Positions 30,742 through 39,304 of a stretch of 64,000 nucleotides of DNA are shown in pieces (position 1 is the first letter of the stretch; every line of letters begins with the position of its first letter). The stretch is from positions 128,001-192,000 of the forward strand of contig CAWGKG010000020.1 in assembly GCA_963823035.1 (NCBI GenBank). The letters are read 5' to 3'. Made by a program: the position numbers and the translations under genes. The DNA comes from an uncultured Gemmatimonadales bacterium (GTDB lineage: Bacteria > Gemmatimonadota > Gemmatimonadetes > Longimicrobiales > Gaopeijiaceae). Under the pieces are notes generated by a model that saw nothing but the letters and a program-made list of their open reading frames with translations, was not told the DNA's origin and searched no databases.

Positions 30742-31838
30742 GCCGCACGCGGGCCGCCTCCGGGGGCCGCTCCCCGGCCTCGCTCCTGTGGACGCTCGTC
30801 GCCGGCGTCGTGACGCTGCGCCCTCTGGACCTACCGCGACGTCCTCGACCAGGCGCACATGGCCCTGGCCTACCTGCTCGTGGTCCTCGGCGGCAGCGCC
30901 CGCGAGGGACGCCTGGTGGGCCTGGTCATGGCCGTCCTCTGCTTCCTCCTCTTCAACTTCTTCCTGCTCCCGCCGTTCTACACCTTCGACATCGCGGACC
31001 CGCTGCAGTGGTGGGTCCTGGTGTCGTTCCTGATCACGGGCACGGTCGCCGCCGAGCTGCTGCACCGGGCCCAACGCGCGGTCGCGCTGGCCGAGCAGAG
31101 GGCCGTCGAGATCGAGCGTCTGGCCGAGGAGGCCGAGCACGTCGAGGCGCTGCGCGAGGCCGATCGCCTCAAGGACGCGATGCTCGCCAACGTCTCCCAC
31201 GACCTGCGGACGCCGCTCACGTCCATCCGGGCCGCGGCGGCGGAGATCCGGCTCAGGGGAGCGAGGCCGCGGCGATCATCGAGGAGGAGGCGGAGCGTCT
31301 GAACCGCTTCGTCACCGACCTCCTCGACCTGTCGCGGATCCGGGCGGGCGCGCTCCCCGTGGAGCCGGCCCTGAACGCCGCGGAGGACCTCGTCGGCGCT
31401 GCCCTGGAGCGCGTGCGTGCGCTCCCGGGGGCGGAGCGGCATCGTGGTGGAGCTGCCTCCGGGCAGCGACGTCCCCGTGGGACGCTTCGACTTCGTCCAG
31501 GCGCTGCGCGCCCTCGTGAACCTCGCTGGAGAACGCGCTCCGGCACTCGCCCGAGGGCGCGCCGGTCGAGATCGAGGTGTCCCGCCGGGGAGGAGTCCTC
31601 CTCTTCGAGGTGAAGGACCGCGGCAGCCGGGGTCGCCGAGGCGGACCGCGAGCGGCTCTTCGAGCCCTTCCAGCGGGGAAGCGGCGCCATCGGGCGCCAG
31701 GGAGCCGGGCTGGGGCTGGCGATCGCACGCGGGACGGCGCGCGCCCTGGGGGGCGACGTCGAGTGGCGCCCGCGCGAAGGGGGAGGGAGCGTCTTCACCC
31801 TGCGGCTGCCGGCCGCGGAGCTGCCCGAGCTCCCTTGA
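30734..31838 (+). CDS. Short KdpD-like sensor histidine kinase (DUF4118 TM domain, HisKA, HATPase; frameshifted)
   Basis: [31 protein letters not shown]-box, [16 protein letters not shown]; stop TGA 31836-38. Confidence 0.82.
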
Positions 31839-31883
31839 CACCGTCGACACGGGCGCGGGCCGTTTCTTCGTGCCTCCTTCACG
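31834..31883 (+). promoter_or_regulatory. Pair of 18-bp KdpE-like boxes
   Basis: CTTGACA-CCGT-CGACACG (31834-51) and CTTCGTG-CCTC-CTTCACG (31866-83). Confidence 0.55.
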
Positions 31884-31928
31884 GCGCCGGCGTGAGCTTC
31901 CTGGCGACGCCCGCCAAGGAGACGACCC

Positions 31929-32084
31929 GTGCCGGCACCCCGCCCCGAACCCCGCTCGCCCGACGACATCCGCGGGCTCGACGCACTGGAGCGGTTGGCT
32001 CCGTGGATCGTCGTCGTGCTCGTCGTCGTGCTCGTCGTGCTTTCCATCGTGTCCACGATCCTGGGTGCACCATGGTGGGCGTGA
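31929..32084 (+). CDS. 51-aa single-TM small protein (not in ORF track)
   Basis: AAGGAG RBS then GTG; MPAPRPEPRSPDDIRGLDALERLAPWIVVVLVVVLVVLSIVSTILGAPWWA*; GTGA overlap with the next gene. Confidence 0.65.
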   Translation: MPAPRPEPRSPDDIRGLDALERLAPWIVVVLVVVLVVLSIVSTILGAPWWA

Positions 32085-32788
32085 GGGCACCCGCGGCCTG
32101 CGGCGAGCCTGGCGCCCGAAGGGAGGGGAACGCCCGAAAGCCCCTCCTCACCGTCCTGGTCGTGGGCGACGAGACCGTGGAGGGGGTGGTCCGCGATGCC
32201 CTGGCCGGGCTTGATGCCGGGCTGATCCTGCGGAAGTCCGGTGAGGGCCTCGGCAACGCTCTCTCCGACCCTGCCCTCCGGCTCGGCGTTGTGGATCTGC
32301 GCTCGGGCACGCGCGCGGCGCTCGAGCGACTGGACCGGGAGCGACCGGACGTCCCTGTCGTCGCGCTCGTCTCCGCCGGCGCGACGAGCGCGGCTGTGGA
32401 CGCCATGAAGGCCGGTGCCGAAGAGGCCGTCGAATGGCCCGTGGGCACGGGGCGGATGGGGGACATCGTCCGGCGGCTCCTCGGCCGCGACCGTCCCGCC
32501 GCGGATCGGGAGTACGCGGCGCGCGTGGAGGCGGCGCGCCTCTCGATCCTCGAGCGGACCTTCGCCGTGGCGAGAGCGCAGCTGATGCGTGCCCTGGAGA
32601 TCGACGTCCTGCGTCCGGAGGCCTTCAACCTCCTCGGCGTCCTCGACCAGGCGCGCGGCGCGCGCGTCCCGGCCCAGACATGGTGGCGCATGGCGCTCCT
32701 TGTCGACGGGGCCTATGCGCCCGCCCGGCACAACCTGACGCGATCCGTCCGACGCCCCGGCCCCTCCGGTCCCCTCCTCCTCCGTTAG
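32081..32788 (+). CDS. Atypical receiver domain plus TPR protein
   Basis: TVLVVGDE...VVDLR...PVVAL...AVDAMKAGA..VEWP then RPEAFNLLGVL...YAPARHNL. Confidence 0.75.
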   Translation: MRAPAACGEPGARREGNARKPLLTVLVVGDETVEGVVRDALAGLDAGLILRKSGEGLGNALSDPALRLGVVDLRSGTRAALERLDRERPDVPVVALVSAGATSAAVDAMKAGAEEAVEWPVGTGRMGDIVRRLLGRDRPAADREYAARVEAARLSILERTFAVARAQLMRALEIDVLRPEAFNLLGVLDQARGARVPAQTWWRMALLVDGAYAPARHNLTRSVRRPGPSGPLLLR

Positions 32789-32841
32789 CCCGCCCCGCTC
32801 TCCCGCTTTGAGCCGCCCGCCCTCCGGCTTATCGTATCCCG

Positions 32842-32940
32842 CGGCAACCGAGGCGAAGCCCCCTGAACGGGAGTCGGCACCTGAAAGCTGGTGAGGGACC
32901 GGGCGGGTCTTCCCCCTTCTGGGGAGGTGCCAGCCCCTCG
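32842..32940 (+). ncRNA. Candidate cis-regulatory leader/riboswitch upstream of ktrB
   Basis: Promoter-like TTGAGC-16-TATCGT (32808-35); alternative stems covering the GGAGGTG SD. Confidence 0.4.
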
Positions 32941-34346
32941 AACGAGTACCTCTGGCAGACCCGGAGGACCGGAACGTCCTATCTGCGCCGGCTGCTGACG
33001 CCGTCGCGGCTGCTCGTCCTGTCGTTCCTGGGGCTGATCCTGATGGGCACCTTCGGCCTCATGTGGCTGCCCGGGCTCTACACGGGACCGGGCCTCGGCT
33101 GGATGGACGCGCTCTACACGTCCACCAGCGCGGTGTGCGTGACCGGGCTGATCGTCGTGGACACCGCGACGTACTTCACGACCGCCGGACAGGCCTTCGT
33201 CCTCCTCCTGATCCAGCTCGGAGGGCTCGGGATCCTCACGTTCACCACGCTCGTGATCCTCGCGCTCGGCCGGCGCCTCTCGCTGCACCACGAGGCGGTC
33301 ACGGCCAGCGCCGCGGAGGTCGCGCCCGAGGTGGATTTCCGCCACCTGGTGCGCAACATCGTGCGCTTCACGCTGGCGTTCGAGATGGTCGGCGCGCTGG
33401 TGCTCTTCCTGATCTGGCTGCGCCGCTTTCCGGTCGGTGCCGCCGCCTGGCACGCGATCTTCCAGTCGGTGAGCGCCTTCTGCAACGCGGGCTTCTCCAC
33501 CTTCTCGGACTCCCTGACCGGCTTCCAGGGCTCGCCCATCGCGCTGACCACCATCGGGGGGCTGATCGTGATGGGGGGGCTGGGCTTCCTCACGCTCGAA
33601 GAGTTGCACCTGCGCTGGAAGCGGCGGCACGAGAAGAGCCAACCACGGCTCTCGCTCCACTCACGCCTGGTGCTGGTGGTGACCGTCCTCCTGCTGGTGG
33701 TGGGCGCCGTGCTCTACGCGCGGTCTCGAGTGGAGCAACACCCTCGGCGGCATGTCGATCTTCGACCGGGTCGTGAACGCGACCTTCATGAGCGCGACCG
33801 CGCGCACGGCCGGCTTCAACACCGTGAACTACGGCGCCACCGCCGACAGCACGAACTTCCTCACGATCCTCCTCATGTCGGTGGGCGGGTCGCCGGGCTC
33901 CACGGCCGGCGGGCTCAAGACCACCACCTTCGCCGTCCTCGGGCTGACCGCCTACGCGCGCTTTCGCGGACGGCACACCACGAGCCTCCTGGGCCGGTCC
34001 ATCCCGGACGAGACGGTGCAGCGAGCCATCGGCCTGTTCGTGGTGGGCTTCATCGCGGTCACCACCGGGATCCTCCTCTTCGCGATCGTGGAGCTGCCCC
34101 CGGTGGGCACCGGATCGTCGAGCGGCTTCCTGGGCTACATGTTCGAGGCGGTGAGCGCGTTCAACACGGTCGGCCTGTCCATGGGTGCCACCGGGCGGGG
34201 TGACCGGGTTCGGGAAGGCCCTCACGATCCTCCTGATGTACATGGGCAGGGTGGGTCCGCTGACCGTGGCGGCGGCCATCTCGCTGCGGCGCGACGTGGT
34301 GGGCGAGGAGTTCAGGTACGCCTACGAGGACGTGATCATCGGATGA
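32938..34346 (+). CDS. ktrB: KtrB/TrkH-family K+ transporter (frameshifts about 33722 and 34195; start codon unclear)
   Basis: LTPSRLLVLSFLGLI, TSAVCVTGL, SAFCNAGF, RTAGFNT, GSTAGGLK, SAFNTVGLS, GRVGPLT, EDVIIG*. Confidence 0.85.
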
Positions 34347-34359
34347 GAGGAGCTGCGCG

Positions 34360-35016
34360 TTGAAACGCTTCGTGATCGTGGGGCTCGGCAACTTCGGGGC
34401 GAGCGTCGCCGAGACGCTCCACTCGATCGGGCACGACGTGGCCGCGCTGGATCGGAATGCCGAGCGCGTCGACCAGATGGCGCGAATCGTCAGCCGGGCC
34501 GGGGTCGGCGACGGGACCGACGTGCGTACGCTGCGGCGCATCGGAGCGGAGGACGCGGACGCCGCGGTCATCAGCACCGGGGACAACATCACCGCCAGCG
34601 CGCTCACCGCCCTGGTGCTGCGGGACCTGGGGATCGAGGAGCTCTACGTGAAGGTGGTGTCGCACGACCACGCCCGGCTCATCGAGAAGATCGGCGTCAC
34701 CGAGACGATCTTCCCGGAGCGCGAGTCGGGAATCCGGCTCGGCAAGCGTATATCCAGCGCGTCCCTCCTGAACTACGTTCAGCTCGGGCAGGACTTCGGC
34801 ATCCAGGAGATGGCGGTGCCGTCCGACTGGGTGGGACGCTCGTTGCGCGAGCTGCAGCTGCCGCGCGCGCACGGTATCTCGGTGGTGGCGGTGCACGACG
34901 TGTTGATGGACGCCATCTACCCGGTGCCCGACCCGGACGCGCTCCTGAAGGATTCCGATGCGCTTCTGGTGGCGGGGAGCGACAAGAGCCTGGCCAAGGC
35001 CGCTGCCCTGCAATAG
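34360..35016 (+). CDS. ktrA: KtrA/TrkA-family regulatory subunit
   Basis: KRFVIVGLGNFG, IFPERESG, RCK_C domain; GAGGAG RBS plus TTG. Confidence 0.9.
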   Translation: MKRFVIVGLGNFGASVAETLHSIGHDVAALDRNAERVDQMARIVSRAGVGDGTDVRTLRRIGAEDADAAVISTGDNITASALTALVLRDLGIEELYVKVVSHDHARLIEKIGVTETIFPERESGIRLGKRISSASLLNYVQLGQDFGIQEMAVPSDWVGRSLRELQLPRAHGISVVAVHDVLMDAIYPVPDPDALLKDSDALLVAGSDKSLAKAAALQ

Positions 35017-35164
35017 GAAATGGCCCCATGGACGTCGAGCCTGAGCAGCCCCGTTTGAACATGCCGGTCGGGAGTCCACCGCGTTACATTGGTGGCAGGT
35101 GGCGGAAGCGTGAGCCACCAGCGGCTTGGGATGGAACCGAACCCCAGTGGAGAGCTTCGAGCCC

Positions 35165-35554
35165 GTGACGACCACGGACGGTGGTACGATCCTCGTCGTC
35201 GACGACGACGAGGCGGTTCTACAGGTCGCGTGCAAGGTGCTGTACCGCGGCGGGTACGAGGTCGTACCCGCGACAGGCGGTCCGCAGGCCCTGCAGATCG
35301 CCGAGGATCGGGAGGGACGGTTCGATCTCCTCCTCACGGACCTCGTCATGCCGGTCATGAGCGGACGCGAGCTCGCCGAGGCGATCGTGGCGCGCTATCC
35401 GGCCATCCAGGTCCTCTACATGTCGGCCTACACGGACGACGAGATCGTCCTCGACGGGCTCAAGACCTCGGACGTGAACTTCATCCCCAAGCCGTTCACC
35501 GTGGAGGGGCTCAGGGACAAGGTGCGCCGCGTCATCGCCCGTCAGGCCGACTGA
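35165..35554 (+). CDS. Single-domain response regulator (CheY-like receiver)
   Basis: ILVVDDD, DLLLTDLVMP, MSAY, FIPKPF. Confidence 0.85.
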   Translation: MTTTDGGTILVVDDDEAVLQVACKVLYRGGYEVVPATGGPQALQIAEDREGRFDLLLTDLVMPVMSGRELAEAIVARYPAIQVLYMSAYTDDEIVLDGLKTSDVNFIPKPFTVEGLRDKVRRVIARQAD

Positions 35555-35569
35555 CGTCCGGCGGTCGGC

Positions 35570-38500
35570 TCAGCCGCCGCCCCCGCCCGGGTCGCGCCCG
35601 CCGCCACCCGCCAGCTTCCGGTAGTACTCCTCGACCAGCTTCCGGTAGGCGTCGGGCACGTCGTCAGATCCGCTGAGCGCGGCCCTCCGCTCACCCGGGC
35701 CCTCGACCTCGCGGCGTAGCCCGAACTCGAGCCGCTTCAGGGACTCCAGGATCTGCTCCTGGAGCGCCGCGACCTGCGCCGGGTTGTCGTAGATCGGGTT
35801 CTGCTGCAGGCGGCGCATCGCGTCGAGCACGGCGTTCAGCTCGGTCACCTCCGCACCGGCGAGGTTGAGCTGGTTGCGAAGGTCACGCACCTGGCCTTCG
35901 CGCGCTCCGAACTCGCTGCGGAACTGGCGGACCTCCTGGTCCGAGAGCCGCCGCGGATCGCCGCGGGTGGCACCGTCGCCGGAGAAGGGAGGAACCTGGC
36001 CGCCGATCTCCGTCGGCCGGTCCGAGCCACCGCCCGCGGGCTGGCCGCCCTGCTGGCCCTGTTGGCCCTGTTGGCCTTGCTGCTGGCCTTGTTGGCCTTG
36101 TTGGCCTTGCTGGCCTTGCTGGCCTTGCTGGCCCTGTTGGCCTTGCTGCTGACCCTGCTGGCCCTGCTGCTGGCCCTGTTGCTGCCCTTGCTGCTGGCCC
36201 TGTTGCTGCCCTTGCTGCTGACCCTGCTGGCCCTGTTGCTGCCCTTGCTGCTGACCCTGCTGGCCCTGTTGGCCTTGTTGCTGGCCTTCCTGCCCGGTGG
36301 GCTCGCGCAGGCGGCGGTCCATCGCCTCCATCCCGCGCACGAGCTCGCGCGTATCCTCGAGCGCCTTCTTCATCGGATCGGCCTGTCCGCGCTCCCCGGC
36401 CGCGTCCGCCGCTTCGGCCAGCTGGTCGTGCAGCGCTTGCAGGTCCGCCTCGATGTTGAGCTCCAGGGTCGTCGCCGACTCCTTGTCCCACTGCTCGATG
36501 GTGCCGCGTGAGTACTGCAGCTTCTCCTTGAGCTTGGACTCGCGGATCTGATCGGCCGCCTCCTTCAGCTTGTCCGCCGCATCAGGCTGCTCGCTGCGCG
36601 CCACCGACGAGGCACGATCGAGATCCCGCTCGAGGCCCGCGACCGACTCGGTCATCTCGTCCTTCCGATCCCTCAGGCGGGAGAGTCTGGTCGGACCGCT
36701 CCTGTCCCTGCTCGGGGAGCTCGCGCACGTCGCGCTGCACGTCCCGCTGCTGCCGCTGGAGCTCGTCCACGCGATCGAGCGCGTCCTGCGCGTCCCGCTT
36801 GGCGCGGTCCTGCTGCGCCTGCTCGAGTCGGCGGCGCGCCTCCTCCAGCCGCTCCCGGGCCGACGCCGCGTCGGACGAAGCCGCGTTGCCCGACTGCGAA
36901 GCGGCGCGGCGCATGGCGTCCGCCGCCTGCTGTAGATCGCGCGCGGTCTCCTCCAGTTGCGCATCGTTCGACTCCCGAGCCAGGCGACGCAGCTCGCGCG
37001 CAGCCTCCTCGGTCTCCTCCGCCAGGTCGCGCTGGCTGTCGGCGCTCCCCTGGCCGCCGGACTGGCCGGCCTGCGCGCGGCGACGCTGCCGCTCGGCTTC
37101 CTGCTGCTGCCGGCGCGCCAGCTCCTTCAGCTTCTCGAGCGTCTCGTCCACCTGGTCGTCCGCGGTCTGCTGCTGTCCCCGCTGGACGGTCTCGTACTGG
37201 TTCTTGAGCTTGTCGAGCTCCAGCTCGAAGAGGTCGGCGAGCTCGTCCGCGGCGGCCGCTTGTCCACCACCACCACCACCGCCCCCTGCCGACTGCTGCT
37301 GGACCACGTAGCGCTCGTAGGTCTCCTCGGCCTGCTGGAGGTAGCGCAGCGCCGTCTGCTCGTGGGGGAGGGCGTCGCGCAACTGCTCGTCGTCGAGTTG
37401 CGCTTTCGCCTGATCCATCGCCTCGGTCGCGAGCGGGAGCACGGCCGACACGTCGCGGAAGGCCGGGTCGGTCTCCGTGATGCCGCGATTCCCCATCCGC
37501 TCGAGCAGCGTGGCGACCTGACCCTTCAGCTTCTCCTGCGCCAGGGCGACGCTCACGACGTTCTCGCTGAACTCCGTCGGCCCGTACGTGTCGTGCTGGC
37601 GGACCAGGTTGAAGGTCGCGGCGATGATCTGGCGCTGGAGCTCGGAGAGCGCGGTCTGCTCGTTCTGCTGGCCGCCCCCCGGCATCCCCCCCTGCGACTC
37701 GCCCTGACGGTACGTGCGGTCGAATGGACGGATCTGGAGGAAGTAGATGTCGCTGGTCACCGCTTTCGAACCGGCGCGACCCCGGTTGTCACGCACGAGT
37801 CCGTAGTAGGAGACCAGATCGCCCGGGCTCGAGCTCCCACTCCTCGAGGAAGAGCGTGTGGCCCGCCGAGACCTCGGGGAGCGGCGGACCGCCCCCCTCG
37901 AAGATCGAGACGGTGTCCTCGGGCCCACCGTTCACCGAGTAGACCAGGCGGATGTCCCCGATGCCGTAGTCGTCGTCGGCGCGGGCCTCGAGGTAGACCT
38001 CCTCGATCGGTGAGGCCGGCGTGTCCCGGCCCGGCTTGGAGAAGCGGATCGAGGGCTCCTGGTCGTCGAGCACGTCGATGGTGTACTCGGGAGACGCGGC
38101 CACCAGGTCGCCATTGTCCCGGGCGAGCTTCACCGAGTAGAAGCCGCGCTCCGCGACGGTGAACGAGCCCACCAGCGTCCCGTCGCCCTCGGCGGACAGC
38201 TCGGTCGCGTCGTCGCCTCCCATGACCAGGCGGCCGCCCGGCGCGGGAAGCGTGGGGGTGATGCGCACCTCCACCACCGTGCCGGGAAGGGCGGCCACGT
38301 CGCCCCCGTCCTCCACCGTCCGGGGTGAGAGCCCGGTGTAGGAGGGGAAGCGATACGTCAGGTCGAGCCGGTCCACGTACGGGAGGTCGGCCACGTCGAT
38401 CGCGAACGTCGGCGAGCGCACCCCGGAGGACTCGACGAAGTACTGCGTCCGGTCGGACACGCCGATGAGCAGGACCTCGAAGCCCCCCTCGTCGTCGGGA

Positions 38501-39222
38501 AGCATGCTCAAGCGCTGGAAGGACGCGTCCGGACCGCTGCGCGTGAAGACGGAAGCGTCTCCGGCGTCGAAGCCCGCGAGCCGCGCCGTGACGAGTTGAT
38601 CCGTCCCGCGCGCGATCGTGGCGTCGCCGGGCGTGACGCCGATGGCGTACGGGTTCACCGAGGCCGCGTCGCGCGTCGGCATCAGGAGCGCGCCGAGCCC
38701 GTTGCGCAGGTGGGCGGGCCCGAGCATCAGGAGCGCCACGGCGGCCACGGCCACGGCGGACAGGGCGCCCCCGAAGCGGTACAACCCGCCCTGATCGACC
38801 CGGCGCCCGTCGTCCACCCTGTGGGCCTGGTCGAGCGCCGTGCGCACCAGCCGCTCCATCAGGGCCCCGGACGCCCCCGTGGACGGATCGACTTCGAGTG
38901 CGCTGACCACGGCGTGGTCCAGCGAGGGCTCGTGCTCCTCCAGGTAGAGCGCCACCTGCCGGTTCCCGACGCGGCGCATGAGCGGCCGCACGAGGAACCA
39001 GACCAGCGAGAACAGGAGGGTGCCCCACGTGAGGACGCGGAGCCAGACGACGGCGTCCGCCGAGAAGCGCAGCCGCTCGAGCGCGGCCGCCGAGAGGAAG
39101 AGGACCGCGACGGTGAGCGCAGCGGTGATCGCGAGCCCGCGCAACGCGACGCGCGTGCGCCACCTGCGGCGCACGCGAGCCACGAGCCGAACGACCTCGT
39201 CGTGTCTCTGGATGGCGTTCAT
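35570..39222 (-). CDS. DUF4175-like large membrane protein (TMs, Ig-like domains, long coiled coil, Q/G repeat); frameshifts about 37820 and 36680
   Basis: N-terminal TMs, PSYTGL, ADDDYGI, LSELQRQIIAATFN, ELADLFELELDKLKNQYET, VPDAYRKLVEEYYRKL. Confidence 0.82.
36049..36290 (-). repeat. In-frame tandem (GQQ/GQQQ)n low-complexity repeat
   Basis: About 80 consecutive Gly/Gln codons (ggccag/caacag units). Confidence 0.9.
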
Positions 39223-39304
39223 GCATCCTCTCCCGTCCCGTCGTCCATAGTACGCGTCGTCGCCTCGCGCGACCACGGTACCCGCGCCGCCGTACCTCGT
39301 CCTT

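Noticed and set aside
36049..36290. Tandem repeat as a CRISPR array
   Set aside because: No unique spacers; it is an in-frame Gly/Gln coding repeat
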